Source: the human T2T-CHM13v2.0 reference genome, Homo sapiens
Length of the DNA: 64,000 bases
Assembly (NCBI RefSeq): GCF_009914755.1
Contig: NC_060934.1
Direction: 5' to 3' (one strand)
Shown here: positions 1 through 16,595 of the stretch, piece by piece
Layout: each line of letters begins with the position of its first letter
How positions within the stretch are numbered: position 1 is the first letter of the stretch
Program-made: the position numbers and the translations under genes
Notes under the pieces: model-generated
What the model saw: the letters and a program-made list of their open reading frames with translations, nothing else
The model's database searches: none
Told to the model about the DNA's origin: nothing

Positions 1-142
1 GTTCTGATACATGGATTGACCTTGAAAATATTATGCTAAGTGAAAGAAGCCAGACACAAAAGGCCACATGTGATTCCATTTCTATGAGATGCCCAGAATA
101 GGCCAATTCACAGAGACAGAAAGGAGATTAGTGGTTTCCAGA
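1..142 (+). mobile_element. Old L1 (L1MB/MC-type) 3' UTR fragment
   Basis: ccttgaaaatattatgctaagtgaaagaagccagacacaaaaggccaca...gattagtggtttccag is typical of the L1M 3' end. Confidence 0.75.
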
Positions 143-1524
143 AGGAAAGCCATCCCCAAAATGCATCTGGTTTAAACATGGTCATCTTATTAAGTTCTTA
201 CCATAGCCTGGAAAAAAAAATACAATTCTATTTAAAACTCACCAGGGATTGCCTGGTTAAAGGATTCATTATAGAAACTCTTCCTGTGTTAAGAGCATAA
301 TTACCTACTAATTTACCTTTCACTCCTCCGGCCTAATTTTCCCATCATGAACTTGTTTCAAGCCAGCTGTTGCTGTATTCTGACATAGGTGCTGTGCTTA
401 GTATGAGTGGGCATCATGCTGCTGACCGCCTGCTGGTGAAAACGTTTCAAAGCATTCTGCCAAGTTTTAAACAAAGCCTCAAATGAAACCTGCCTCTCTG
501 ACTGTATCACTCTCAGTGATAAATTGGCTTCCCCCACCCCCCCCCCCCACCTTCTTTTGAAGGTGTCCCTGAACGAAATCAAATAATAACAGGCTCCATC
601 TCAAAAGCCCAAGTAAGGAGGCAGACAATAATCTTTCATCAGAATCCTATTTTTCAAACCAACATTTAGCCTGCATAAAGCTCTCAATGGGGCAAGACCC
701 GGAAGCAGGGTGATGGGGAGAAGAGCAAGGCCCAGAGGACAGTTTGGAGGCAGAAGCTCAATAGTGGAGTGTACTCCTCCTGCCAGGCCGACAGGTGCTT
801 CCCGTGGAAGGAGCTGATGCCAGCATGAACCCCTTCCCTTCCCTGGATGATGGCTGGTGAAAGGCAACCCCTGACAAATCCTCCAGGAATAGAAGAATCC
901 TGTAGGGGCCAATGGATTGAATGGAAGGAATGCTACAGCACCAAGGAGCCTAGCAATTGTTCTCCAACCAGAAAACTTGTTTTACAAATTGGGGAACAGC
1001 ATTTGTGGTGAGGAAAGGGAGAGTCTTCCCCCCAGGCCACAGGAGATGGCAGGGAAAGAAACAATCAAGAGCTAAGCCGCCTGTGGGGATTTGTAGTGGG
1101 GCCCACAAGGGCCATTAGCGGGAAACACAGTGCGAGGCTGTTTACCTCTCAGTTCATCCCCAAGCCTTCTGATTGTCTTAAAGAAAAAGCCTTATTTGGA
1201 GGCGGTCTCTCTTTAGGATTGAACATTTGCTATCTCAATTTTGACATGGACCACGACACCGGCAGTAGTTCCAAGCTAGGATGAACACTGGTTGAGTTTG
1301 CTGTGGTGGGTGTAGTGATTGTTAAGGGTTATCCTCTATTTATGATTCATGATTATTCTTTCTTTCCCTTATGATATTGATTTCAAGTTTTCCTTAATCA
1401 TATAGCTATTTGTGTCCAAAACGTGGTCACAGATAGGTCAAAAATCTGAAAGAGGAGTGAGAAACACTAATCTAGTCGAAACCTATACTAATGGTGTGAA
1501 TCGCCAATCCATTCCTCTTTTGAA

Positions 1525-1550
1525 ACACACACACACACACACACACACAC
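1525..1550. repeat. (CA)13 microsatellite
   Basis: Directly visible. Confidence 0.95.
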
Positions 1551-2668
1551 GCACGCTCTCAAGGGGCCTTTACCCAGTGAACCAAAAAGGTTTCCCTTTC
1601 CACATGTGTTCCATGAGGAGATTCCCTGCCTATCACTTTCTTGCCTTGCCAAGGTGCATTTTCATGGATCCCTGTGTTCTCCCTGCTGCCAGAAGTGTCC
1701 CTGGACCCCTCCCATACTGAGCCTGCTTCCTCCCCATCAGCTTCAGGAACGCTGCTCCCTCCAGCAACTCTGGGGGTCAGCTCCCAGTTGCATCCTTCCT
1801 GAGTCCCATCCTCCCAGCTGCAGTGTCCTCAGCCGCCCACTCTCCCGCTTCCTGGGATCCAGGTCACAAGGCCCTTTGCTTTCATCCGGGTTTAGCTGCC
1901 TATCAGTACACACTGAAGTGATCACAACCAGCAGGCATTGGGAAGTGATAGTTCCCAAGCTGAGCAGACAAGTCCCCTCCTGCTGGGCACTGGAGTCATC
2001 CCCCACCCTTTGATGGCTCAGGAAGACTCCAGCACTGCACTGCGACACTTATCCCTCTCTGCTCCTTCCTCCCACCTCACTCCAGTGGGGCCCCTTTCTT
2101 CACCCAGGAAAAGTCAGTTCAGGTCCTTCCCCACCAGCTCAAAAGTCCCTAGAATCGCAGTTCCTTTCCTCCTGGTTGGCTCTCAGCACACAGGTGCCTT
2201 CTCTGGCCACCCCTAGGGATGGTAGGACTGGGAGGGGCTGGCCTGGGGGCAGCTGGGAGCACTTAGGATTTTCCAAGCTTTGGTGTAGCATCTCTGCAAA
2301 CAGGTGGGTTGGGCTTTTCCTTCTAGAAACTTTTTTCATCTCCACTGAAGCATAAAGGTAAAGTGTGATTCTTTACCCCTTTCCAGAATTTTAAGCCAAA
2401 AGCTCAGAGCTCCCACTTTGCAGCTTACATTTGATTCAAATCATGCAATCCCCACTCCAGGATCAGGACCACCAGTCACCAAGCAGCCTGGGTGGATATG
2501 GCCTTAGACTGTATCCTCAGGGCCAACTCCAGCTCGGAGGACAGTCCTTAGAAGGTGGCAGCCTCTCTCTCCTGCCCCCTGCCATCCACCTGGCTACCCT
2601 GCAAACAGTGGCTGAAAGCCTGCATTGAGAATGCCAGTCATACACTCCTAGAAAGGGACACAGTGGGG

Positions 2669-2999
2669 ACTATGGCCTGAATATCTGTGTCTCTCTAAAA
2701 TTCCCATGTTGAAACCTAATCACCAAGGTGTTGGAATTAGTATTCGAACATAGGGCTTTGGAGAGGTGACTAGGTCCTGAGGGCTTCTCCTTCATGAATG
2801 GGATTAATTACCTTATAGAAGAGGTTCGAGGTTGTTCACCCCTTTGCCTTTTGCCCTTTTGCCTTGTGCAGACACAGCAAGGGGGAAGCAGGGGGCAGCC
2901 CTTGCCAGACACCTAATCTGCTGGGGCCCTGGTCTTTATAAATTACCCAGTCTCAGACATTTTGTTATTTTGTTATAGCAGCAGGAACACACTAAGACA
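2669..2999 (+). mobile_element. MaLR solo LTR (MLT1A/MSTC-like)
   Basis: tatggcctgaatatctgtgtc...gttgaaacctaat...ttgttatagcagc...ctaagaca termini. Confidence 0.75.
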
Positions 3000-3458
3000 G
3001 AGAGAAATATGTCCAGCCCTTTCCCAATGGGTCAGATCTAAACAGAGGAAAGTGGAATAGTGTAGAGGAAAGTGGCTCCCCAAAGGCAGGCCATCTTCAA
3101 GCCCCAAAGACTGGCTGAAGCCTAGGTTGCCTTTTAGATGTAGGAACACCCAGTGAACTGAGGAGAGAGGCTGGAAATTGTTAGTCCCAAGACTCTCTGG
3201 TGAAAAATGGTGCAAGCTTTCAGGGGACCCTTAGAAATGCCAATCAAAGTCTTTCACATACACAGAAAGCTAATTTATGGCTAAAAGAATGATCAAAACA
3301 GCAGTTTCCTCTGGAAATGGGGGTAGAGACTGAATTAGAATGGGACATGAAAGAACTTTCCAGGGTGATGGCAAGATTCTGTACCTTGATTTTGTGTGTT
3401 GCATTGTAAGTTTTATCTCAAAAGAAAAAAAACTGTAAACAAATATTAAATTATAGAG

Positions 3459-3570
3459 CAGTGCAGTCTAATAGAATGTTCTGCAGCAATGAAAATGTTC
3501 TACGTCTGTTTTGTCCAAAGGCTACCCACTAGCCACCTGTGGCCATGGAGCACTGGAAATCTGGCAACTG
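3459..3570 (+). mobile_element. MER3-like hAT-Charlie fragment
   Basis: cagtgcagtctaatagaatgttctgc...atgaaaatgttcta...ccactagccacctgtggcc resembles MER3. Confidence 0.6.
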
Positions 3571-4082
3571 AATTCAGTGCTATTTCACACAGACTCTCAC
3601 CCTATGGCTTGGGCAGGGCCATGGTGATTTCTCATAAATACAAAGGGGCATTCTTGGGCACACAGTGGTTAAGGGACTCAACCAAAGTCACACACAGCAG
3701 CAAGATGGCCAAAGCTGGAAGTCTCTGAACCTCCCACTTCTCAGGAGTGAGCTTGTTCCCCTCACCTCCCAGGGAGAGACCCCTTAGAACTGAAGTAAAG
3801 AGAGCTCACTGAAGGGTAGAAAAGCCTGAGAGCCTCGGCAGATGCTAGAAATCCCGAACTCTCGGCTCAGAGAGGGCACACTTCCCTTCCTGAAAGAGGA
3901 CAGCTTTGGTCTAACAATGATACTCTAGTCCGTTTTTACACTTTATATTTTAGAAAGCTCTTTCACACGCCCACAGTCTCTCACTTCATCCTCACAGCCT
4001 GGAAGAGATCCTCCCTTCCTCCCTTCCCACCTCCCTCCCTCCCTCCTTTCTTCCAAGTGGTGGGCAACAAGTAACGACTAAG

Positions 4083-4262
4083 GGTAAAACGTTTAGGCTT
4101 TGGAGTTGGACTTCCAGGGCTTGATTTCGAGTTCCCAAGCAGATGACTTTATAAAATGGTGCATTTTAACCTTTCTGTGTCTCTGTCAACTTGCAAAATA
4201 GGAATAATAATAGTATTTGCCTTGCTGGGATGGCAAGAGAATTAAATAAAATAATCCATACC
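4083..4262 (+). mobile_element. MIR SINE, followed by (ATC)n at 4272-4301
   Basis: MIR core ggctttggagt...aaaataggaataataatagta. Confidence 0.65.
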
Positions 4263-4271
4263 AAACCCCCT

Positions 4272-4302
<31 letters not shown>

Positions 4303-4765
4303 ACTTATTTATTGAGCTATGTACATGTCAAAGTTGGAGCAGGAGCTGAGGCGAGGGGCAAGTTCAGAAGCCCACAGGAGGCAGAGTCCTGATGAACTGA
4401 ACTGAGCTGGGGTGGCTGAGACTTCACACTAAGGGAGGGCGGGTTGCCAACACGCTCTCCCCTCAGCCAGAGCAAGCACCTCAGCTCCAAATTGTTTGCT
4501 CTCAAAGAGGGATTGCCTTTTGCTCACAAATCTCTCACCTGCAAAAGGTCTGCTTCCTGAGCCAACTAGGAGATAAATCACTAGGATCATCATCATCTTT
4601 CATGTTCCATCTCCCTTTGCCCAGCAAGCCCCACAATGGCCTCTTCTCTTTAGAGGCTGCAGCCGAAGACAGAAGGAAGATGCACAGGATCAAATTAATG
4701 TTGGGAAAAAGGACTTCTGGCCTCCTATCTTCTACTAGCCTATTAGGTTGAGAGATGGAAAAACC

Positions 4766-4770
<5 letters not shown>

Positions 4771-4824
<54 letters not shown>
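4771..4824. repeat. (TG)n(AG)n compound microsatellite
   Basis: Directly visible. Confidence 0.95.
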
Positions 4825-5489
4825 CATTTACATTTGCAGAACATTATACTTACAAGCTAAGTTGATCCTTATAAATGCCTAGAAGGGCAGATATTTTTTC
4901 TTCCTACTTTTTGAGATAAAGAATTGAGTCAGAGAGGGGTAAACAAACTACCCAGGAGCAGCTGTATTAAAACTCGTTGTGAGTTAGCATCATCCCATCA
5001 ATTATTAGATGTCTGAAATGTTGCTTGGAAAGAAAGCACCACCTTTGATCAGGAAGGTCATTGCTGAAGTCACAGCCAGGCATCTGTCCAACAGGGTCCC
5101 ACTGGCCTCTTTTTCTTTGGTCCCATCCTCAGGCATTGCCGATCTGCCATCCCTTCTAGAACAACCTCCCCCAATTGATGCATGGCATATTAAATGCTGG
5201 CGGGCAGACCATTAGGTAGAACCCACTGTGCTGAGCCTGAGGCGGGATGGCAGCAGGCTAGGGAGGGCAGCAGGCTGGGGAGGGCAGGAGCGGGGAGAAT
5301 TCAGAGCCACACAAAATGCAGAGGCTGGCTTCATGAAGGTAGGAGACATCTGTGAGCTCAGAAACCAAGGCTCCAGTCTCAGCCAGCATTCAAGTCCACA
5401 GCTGGGAAGAACAATGTGTTCATACTTTGGCTGTCAAGGATAGAGCTTTGTAAGTTTAACTGAGACTTTGTGTCTTAATTATGATAATA

Positions 5490-5720
5490 GCTATGATCAT
5501 GGAGCTCATCTTGTTTGCCAGGCCCTGTGCTAAATGCCTTATCTAGCTTAGATTCTGTTGAGCCCCATTTCCATTGATAGATCCCCTGTGAAATAGACAC
5601 CACTCTCAGCACCATCTTGCACATGAGGAAGCTGAAGTGTGCCAGAAGGCTACCCAGCTCCTGGTATAGAGGTGTAGCCAGAATTTGAACCTAAGCAGTT
5701 TCCAGAGCCTCATGCTGAAC
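5490..5720 (-). mobile_element. MIR SINE
   Basis: gccaggccctgtgctaaatgcctt...atgaggaagctgaag...gaatttgaacctaagcagt. Confidence 0.65.
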
Positions 5721-6341
5721 TGTCTGTGTAAGTCTCGCACCACAAAAGACCCTTTTCTGAGCCTGGGTACATCTAACATATATGTGGAAGTTTAGATGCA
5801 TTTTCTGAGGCACTGCATAACAAGTGGAACATCTCATTTAAAACCCGTATGATTCATTTTAGCCATGGAGATGCAAATAAAGCTTCTCTTTATTCAGTTT
5901 ACTAAGCCCCTGCTCACCTCTAACTGAAGACTCCGAAGACTTCGGTCACATTTCTGTCCATAACATTGATGTAAATCAAATAAACCAAATTCTTGTCTAT
6001 CTGAACTTATAGAAATCACAGGCTGACTTCTGAGTCTTGAACTTCACTGTTTCATTTTATGGCACTTCAGAGGCTGGACATCACACCATAGTGGGGACAT
6101 ATTTCCTAAGGTAGAGGCCACTGGGCTTGAAAAAAGGGCTCTGTCCTTTTAGCAGCCATGTGTCAGAGGGTAGGAGCTTCACCTCCTGCAGCCCAGTCCC
6201 CTGGTCCTGCCTGCCCAGAGCAGCATCACCCTCAGTGTGCCAGGCACCTGTCCTGCCTTATCTAATTTGACCCACACAACAACCATTTAAGTTAGGTACT
6301 AATTACAACTTGCATTTTACAGATGAGGATGCAGAGGCTGT

Positions 6342-6721
6342 GTATTAGTCCATTCTCACGCTACTATAAAGAACTGCCTGAAACTGGGTAAATTGAAAAG
6401 ATTCACAGTTCTGCAGGGCTGGAGAAGTCTCAGGAAACTTAAAATCATGGCAGAAGGAGAAGCAAACACATCCTTCTTCACATGGCAGCAGGAGGGAGAA
6501 GAATGAGAGCAGAGTTAAGGGGGAGGCCCCTTATAAAACCATCAGATCTCGTGAGAACTTACTCACTATCATGGGAATAGCATGGGGGAAAATGCCCCTA
6601 TGATTCAATTACCTGCCACACACATGGGAGATAATTGAATGGTCCTTCCCAGGACATGTGGGGATTATGGGGACTACAATTCAAGATGAGATTTGGGTAG
6701 GGACACAGCCAAACCATATCA
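6342..6721 (-). mobile_element. THE1 (C/D-like) MaLR solo LTR
   Basis: tgtattagtccattctcac...ggacacagccaaaccatatca termini. Confidence 0.85.
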
Positions 6722-6969
6722 GGCCCAAAGGGAAAAATGTTTTGTCTGGGGTTGGATGGCTAATCAGTGATTTGGCCATGTTCATTCTATACAAGCTCTG
6801 TCCTTGAACTACCAACATGCCTGTGGATATTCTACAAATGGAGGAGCTCTGCAGAAGGTAAGGGCCTATCAGAAGCATGTAAGCACGTCCAAGCTCCAAG
6901 CACTCGAGCTCACTGAGCTGCCTGGGTTCCTGCCTAATCCTGTTCTCTCAGTCTATTGGTCTGTCTAAT

Positions 6970-7520
<551 letters not shown>

Positions 7521-7549
7521 AAAATAATTTTTTAAAGAAATATAGAAGG

Positions 7550-8076
<527 letters not shown>

Positions 8077-8758
8077 TCATTGGCGGCTGTCCAGGCACCC
8101 AGGCAGAATGTTTCACATCCCCAGCCCACGCTGGCAGATCCATGCAACTGCCCAGAATGAAGTGAGTCCTGAACCACAACAGACAGGCCCATTGTTGAGC
8201 TACCATGGATGGAGCTCATTGAGGACTTGCCTCTTCCAGGACTGTGAGAGAGCTCCTCCTCCACAACCCTCAGCCCATCTCAGCTTCTGTTAACCACCTT
8301 CACCCCCCAATACCCTTATAAGTGCACTTACATGGCACTAGGCCCTATCCTAAATGCTTGACATGTGTTAATCCATTAATCCTAATGACCCTTACCTGCC
8401 ATGCTAGGTTTACTGGAAAAAGCTCTGGTTTATATTGTATCAGATTATATCACATCACATTGTTCAAACTGGTAATACAATTGCATGGTGAAAAATACAA
8501 GAGGGATAAAAGAATATAAGTCAGCCCATATCCAGGTGGGCCATTCTTCCATGGCTTTAAATGGAGAACCAAAGGGGCTTCTCCTTTCTTCCTTCAGTCC
8601 AGCCAGCTCTGCACTGACTTTCTGCCAGACTGTCAGCCCTTGGGGCAGGACAGTGGAGCCTGGGCTAAACTGATATTTCCCAAAGTTGGATCTTTTGAGG
8701 ACCTCTGTCTCAATTTTTATGCATCCACATAGTACCTTTACTTTTTATTCTTTACTTA

Positions 8759-9036
<278 letters not shown>

Positions 9037-10219
9037 TCACAACACGGCTTAGTACTTGGTAAGTGTTAGCTACTACTTACGGCATATCCCTTGCCATAAG
9101 TAGGAGATAACTGAAAAAAAAACACAATGAAAACCAAACTATTAATTAAAAAATTAACTAAAGACTACCTGCCCAAAGACAAGTTTTCTCCTTGTCAAAA
9201 TTCGAGATGAACCAAAGTTAGAGAAGTCATCAGCAGTGGTGAGAATTGAAAGGGGAACAGCAATCTTGCCTCATGATACACTCTTATTCACTGCCCTTCC
9301 TGCCTTCCATCTAGATCCACCTTTCATGGCATTTGTGCCCCTTGGTCCACACTCTGGGGAATGCTGGGCCAAGCAGTAGTTTCATGGGAGATGGAGGAAG
9401 AACCGTCTCTCCAGGGAGAAGGCTGTTGATTCCACAAGAGGCTTTTACAAACTAGCTGTCCCAACTCCTTCCCCACCTACCTCTCCCTGGTTTTGCTGTG
9501 TCTATCTTCCCTGTGTGGGAATTATAGTGTCTAATGAAAGCTGTTATTTATGGAAGAGTGTTCTCACATGAAGAGTCTAGAGGCAAAAAGGGCTTGAGAC
9601 CAGTGTATGAAGAGGAACTTTGGCCCATAGGGATTGAGATGGCATCTTAAGGGTTCCTTTTAAGCCTGGAAACTGGACTTTGAAAAAAAAAAAGTGGGAG
9701 GTGGGGGGTTCCTTGCACATTCTGCAGTATTTCAGAAAGATTTCATGTTCACTTTCTTATTAAGTTCTTGATCAACCCAGTGAAAAATTTGGGCAGATGA
9801 TGATGAAACCAAAACCCAAGATGTCACAGCTCCCAAAGTTTGAGCTGAGGCAAGAATCCAGGTTTCACCACCTTCTGCTCTTTGTTCCAAACTAAGAAGT
9901 CCCCTCTTGAACACTTGTTCAGTGGTAAAGGCCATCAGAGTATACCATAAAACACCTTGAGAATTGCTTTTATGCAATAAATATTTGAATGAATGAATGT
10001 ATTCATTCAGTTGGTGATGATCAAAGTGATGATCAATAAGTAGCTTATCATTGCATTTTTATTACATGCCAAGTAATGGTTGCTAAGGAACTTACATACA
10101 TTATCTCATTAAACCTACACAACAATCCTATAACATAAAGATTATAGTTTATCATTTAGGAATCATGTTCAGCTGATGGTGTATGAAGTAGACTCCAGTG
10201 GCTTCAAACAATAGTTTTA

Positions 10220-10830
10220 TTAGGGTATGTGTGTCCTTGGGTCTGTGAGCACTTTCCAAAATAATTCAGGTAAAATGGATCTAAGAGAATCCATTTCCAG
10301 AACTAAACTTCCACATTTACTCTTTCCCAATGTCTCCTTTCCTATGGCTCCTTTAATAATTTTCCTTCTCCTAGTTTACAAAAGAAAAGTGTATCTCTCG
10401 CCTGTCTTGAATCATAGTATGGTGCATTGCTCATGGATGTCAAACAAAGGAACCATTCAAAATCTTGGTGTCACAAAGCCTCCCTTAATCAAGGTACCAT
10501 AAATCAATGCTCTCATTGCTACCCAATAGCTCATTATTTTTCCCTTAAACACATTTCAGTTAAGGGTGAAACATGCTGTTAGAAATGGGGTATTTTGGAC
10601 TATACTGGGATGTTTTGAATTCAGACATATTGTAGAGTGATGTTTAGGAGTGATGACAATTTTTATTTAATGATATCTCACCTCTTCCAAACTCTAAGTA
10701 TTGTCAAAGAATACATTGCTTCTGAAGGAAAGCTCAATGAGTAAAGGGGGAAAAAAACCTGTCAGTGAAAAATATTGAATGAAGCAGCATCTTATTTCAT
10801 TTGGTGACACATTCATGGCACCTTATCTTT
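10220..10830 (+). mobile_element. hAT-Charlie DNA transposon, 5' part
   Basis: tttacaaaagaaaag...tatggtgcattgc...caaacaaaggaaccattcaaaatcttggtg resembles recalled Charlie subterminal sequence. Confidence 0.5.
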
Positions 10831-11287
10831 TTTACTTAGAATTAAAATTCAGAAGTGAGGTTTGCATGGGATTTTATATTAATATATCTACTTGAGATAA
10901 TAATAACTGATTACATGTATATATAAATATGGAGAAATTTATTGAGTTATACACTTAGGATTTTTGTATTTTATTTATATAAATTAGACTTCAATTTTAG
11001 AATATAAATTAAATCTGATGCTAATGGCAAATTGAGAATATTTAACCAATCTCTTAAGGATGGCTTAATTGAAATAGAAAATGGGGACGTAGTATTTTTA
11101 AAATCCCCTTTAAGCCATAGGAGAACTACTAAAACAGTAAGAAACAAAAAACAGGTAAACAAAAAAGCTGGCCAAGATCTAGGACAAGACAGAAATTCAG
11201 AGATGCAACTGGTGCCATAGAGGTCGGTCTGCTTTTCTCCTGGGGACGTTTGATAATTCTGCCTGGAAAAGCCAACTATAAGAATGA

Positions 11288-11633
<346 letters not shown>

Positions 11634-11754
11634 TGAAGAGTGCTTCTATTACTTCACAAGACAAAAGGGACACAAGTTGGATACCAAGGCCCACCATAGC
11701 AGTGGTACCTAGGAGTAAAAGAGAAACAAAATAGTCCCTGAAGCAACATAAAAC

Positions 11755-12043
11755 TTTTTCTTTGAGACAGTCTCACGCTATCACCCAGGCACAAGGGCAG
11801 TGGCACGATCGTGGCTCACTGCAACCTCTGACAGTCAGATTCGAGTGACTCTCGTGCCTCAGCCCCCCGAGAAGCTGGGACTACAGGTGCATGCCATCAC
11901 ACCCAGCTAATTTTTGTATTATTAGTAGAAAGAGGGTTTCACCATGTGGGCCAGGCTGGTCTTGAACTCCTGGCCTCAAATGATCCCGCCGTCTTGGCCT
12001 CCCAAAGTGCTGGGATTACAGGAGTGAGCTACCGCACCCAGTC
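11755..12043 (-). mobile_element. AluJ/old AluS
   Basis: Diverged full-length Alu in reverse orientation. Confidence 0.85.
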
Positions 12044-12277
12044 TAAACCAGCTTTAACTAATTTCAGTCTTTACATCTGGAATAAGGTGATGCAGGATAG
12101 CTGGTGCCCCCAAACATCTGGCAGAAGCAAAAACAAATCCTCTCTAGAAAAAGAAAACATCCTCCTAGATTAAACATTATCTTTTAAAAAACAACTTTTC
12201 AAATACAATTCAAGCACACAATAAAAGATAACCAGCCACATAAGACAAGACAATATGAAAGAAAAGAAGCAGAAACA

Positions 12278-12558
12278 GGCCAAGCCCAGTGGCTTAGCCT
12301 GTAATCCCAGCAACTTGGGAGGCCAAGGCGGACAGATCACCTGAGGTCAGGAGTTCGAGACCAGCCTGGGCAACATGGTGAAAGCCCATGTCTACTAAAA
12401 ATACAAAAATTAGCCAGATGTGGTGGTGGGCACCTGTAATCCCAGCTACTCAGGAGGCTGAGGCAGGAGAATAGCTTGCACCCAGGAGACGGAAGGAGCA
12501 GTAAGCCGAGATTGTGCCACTGCACTTCAGCCTGGGTGACAGAGCAAGACTCTGTCTC

Positions 12559-12590
<32 letters not shown>

Positions 12591-12592
12591 AA
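12278..12592 (+). mobile_element. AluSx/Sz with (CAA)n tail
   Basis: gatcacctgaggtcaggagttcgagaccagcc; (caa)n tail. Confidence 0.9.
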
Positions 12593-12861
12593 GCAGCAGC
12601 AGAAACAATAAACACTAGAAACAGATCCACAGGGGCTCCAAATACTGGCATTATCATATATAGACTTTAAAACAACTATACTGTGGAAGGAGAATTGTGC
12701 CACCATGACCAAATACAATGTGTAGACCCTGTCTGGAGCCCGGGTTGAAAAAAAATTAAATTGTTAAAGAGTTGTAAAGCTAATCTGGGAATACTGAAAA
12801 TTGAAGGTGAACAAGGTAGTAGGTGACATTAAGGAATCAGTATTAATATCACTTAGTGTGA

Positions 12862-13238
<377 letters not shown>

Positions 13239-13304
13239 GTTATATATTTTTTAAAGTTCATATTGGTTAAAGAAATACGCTAACATCTTGGGTTTGCTTT
13301 TTTT

Positions 13305-13432
13305 AATTATATATATTTTTAGATGGGGGTCTATGTTGCCCGGGGTGGACTCAAACTCCGGGACTCAAGTGATCTTCCCATCTCAGCCTCCCAAGTAGCT
13401 AGAACTACAAGCACACACCAGCATGCCTGGCT
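13305..13432 (-). mobile_element. FLAM (Alu monomer)
   Basis: Single left-arm-type monomer. Confidence 0.75.
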
Positions 13433-13769
13433 CTTTGAATTTGCTTTAAACTACAATTCAAATTTAAAGCTTTAGATTGCTTTAAAGTAAAGAAGGAAGC
13501 GGAAGTGAAAGAGGAAGAAGAAAAGGAAGAAGAGGAAGATGATGATGAAGGAGGAGAAGGAGGGGAGCAGAAGCAGCAGCAATGGGGGAGGGAGTAAGGA
13601 ATACATTTTGTAAAGGAATTAAAGAATATTGATCATTATTGAAGCAGAGTGAATACACAGAAATTCATTATACTATTTTTTCCGCCTGTGCATATTTAAT
13701 ACACAGATCCATACACAAATTGTTCATAATTTAAAAGTTTTAAAAATTCTGTGCTTCCTGTGTATATGC

Positions 13770-15260
13770 AGATAAAAGGAAAAAAAAAAACAATGTCAGC
13801 AAAATCCAGAAACTATACAAAAAGACACACCAGATTTGGGGGAAAAAAATGGGAATTCTAGAATTGAAAAACACAGCAAGTAAAAATTGCTTAAAATTGT
13901 GTTCATTGAGATTCTAGAAGATAATATGAGAAACTACCTTCATAGCCCCAGTGTAGGGAAAAATTTCCTCATCAGGACACAAGAAGAACTACCAATGAGG
14001 AAAAGCTTGTTACTCAGACCCCATTAAAAAAAGAAGTTCTTGTTCATCAAAAACAACCATTTAAAAGTAAAAAGACAAATCACAGAGTGGGAGAAAACAT
14101 TGTAATACATGTAAGTATTAATGGGATCATATCCAAAATATAAAAAAGAACTCCTACAAAACAGCAAGAAATAAAGATTGCAACAGATAAATGGCAAAGT
14201 CTTAACAGGCAACTCACAGGAAGAACTAAGTCTCATTCATTATCAGAGAAATGCAAATTAAAACCATGGTGAGCTACCTCCATGTGCCCTCCAGAAGCTA
14301 CATAAAATGCAAAGGTATATGCAGGAGTTACAAAGAAGGTACAAATGTGTGGTCTTTGAGCTGATGAACCTAAGTGTGGGTGAGGACGTGAAGCAACAAG
14401 CAGTCTCCTATGAGTAGGAGTGCAATTTGGGTACAACCACTTTGAAAAACATTGGCACTATATACTGTAATTGAAGACAGACATGTTCTAGAATTCAGCA
14501 ATTCTACTTCTAGGTAGAACAGAAATGCATATTCATAGCAACATGATTCATTGTAGTACCAAACTGGAAATAACCTAAATGCCCATTAACAGCAGAATGG
14601 GTAAATTTATTGTACTAATTTTATACAATGGACAACTGTAGCAAAATGAAAATGAACACATGTAAGTATATGTATGAATTTCTCAAACACAATGTTGCAA
14701 CACAAAAGGAAACACACAGTAAGATTTCCATTTATAAAAAATTCAAAATTAAGCAAAAACTAACTGTATTGTTTAGGGATAAGTACATGCATGGTAAAAT
14801 TATAAAGAAGAAAAGCACGTTTACCATAAAGTCAGGATAGTGGTATCCTCTAGCAGGAAGGGAGGGAAGTGTGAGTGGGAAAGGAGAGGAGCTGCGCTTT
14901 CTAGGATGCCAGAAAAGAGTGATAGTTACATGCAATGAGAACACATGGACACAGGAAGAGGAACATCACACTCTGGGGACTGTTGTGGGGTCGGAGGAGG
15001 CGGGAGGGATAGCATTAGGAGATATACCTAATGCTAAATGACGAGTTAATGGGTGCAGCACACCAACATGGCATATGTATACATATGTAACAAACCTGCA
15101 CGTTGTGCACATGTACCCTAAAACTTAAAGTATAATGTTAATAAAATAATAATAAAAAAGAGTGATAGTTACATGGATGTTGGCTTTTGATTATTTGTTG
15201 ACTTGTAAAAGTTTGCTTAGTGCAATTTTCTGAATGTGTGTCATATTTCAAAATAAATAA
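13770..15260 (+). mobile_element. Old L1ME (ORF2 end and 3' UTR, degraded)
   Basis: cagagaaatgcaaattaaaacca, ggtacaaccactttgaaaa, aactggaaataacctaaatgccca L1 motifs. Confidence 0.7.
14933..15155 (+). mobile_element. Young L1PA (PA3/4-like) 3' stub
   Basis: L1PA 3' UTR ending aaaacttaaagtataat; perfect 20-bp TSD aaaagagtgatagttacatg (14913-14932 / 15156-15175). Confidence 0.92.
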
Positions 15261-16212
15261 TCTTGACTCATTGGTTTGGCAATAAGAACTAGCTTTACCA
15301 TCTAGGATATTTGGTGGACATTTTCCAATGTTTGGATGAAAATATGTTTAAAGCTGGCACTCAGACAAAAGCATTCCATCAAAAATATTATGCTGATAAA
15401 GGTAAATTGAAATTTATGTTTGGATATCTCCCAACACGTTTTGTGAATAGCAGTTTAAACAAGTGCCCCTGTGTAAAGGAATGAGAAGGTAATTAATAGT
15501 CATTTGATAGGTTTTGGTGCATAGCCTTTTTGATACAATTCCCAGAAACTGAGAACGTGAATTACTCTAACGATTGGGTTGCAAATCCTATGAAGCCAAT
15601 GATTTCTAATTCCTTGCTTTCAAGAAAATTAAAGGAAGGCTTAATCAAACTATTAGCTGACAGAATATTAAAAATGGTTTTGATGATATATCATTATGCA
15701 ATTTTAGCATGCAATTCATAAAAAGTTCAAAGAATCATGACAGTGCTATAATAAAACATATTCCATTTTTATTTACTTATTTACATGAACAAGGTTTCTG
15801 AGTGCTAACATCTACAAAAACAATTAATAGGAAGACTAGCTGAATCCTGTTTCATTCTAGCAGTATGTAATATTCAACCATGAATGAACAAACCAATTAG
15901 TTGAAAAAAAATACTCCATTCATCTCATTAAGAAATGCATTTCTCAATTTATGTTTATGTTTATTATTTATAAAATTTTAAAATACTTTTTTCTCAATTG
16001 TATATTCATTAAAATTGTAATGTAGCTTAATTTGGACAAAATTTTAATCCTCAGAGATGTATGGTCGCACAAAATAAGAAAGGATTTTAATGTATGTGTT
16101 CCTGTGTATGGAATTTTATTGTAGAAACATTGGCAAATGTAATCTATAAAAGACTTTCAAGCATAAAAGTATGTTAGGTTGAATTCCTATAAGATACACA
16201 AAATGAAAATAA

Positions 16213-16595
<383 letters not shown>

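Noticed and set aside
505-550. tatcact-ctc-agtgata palindrome and adjacent C tract (possible G4 on the minus strand)
   Set aside because: A 7-bp stem and a short homopolymer are expected by chance in 64 kb.
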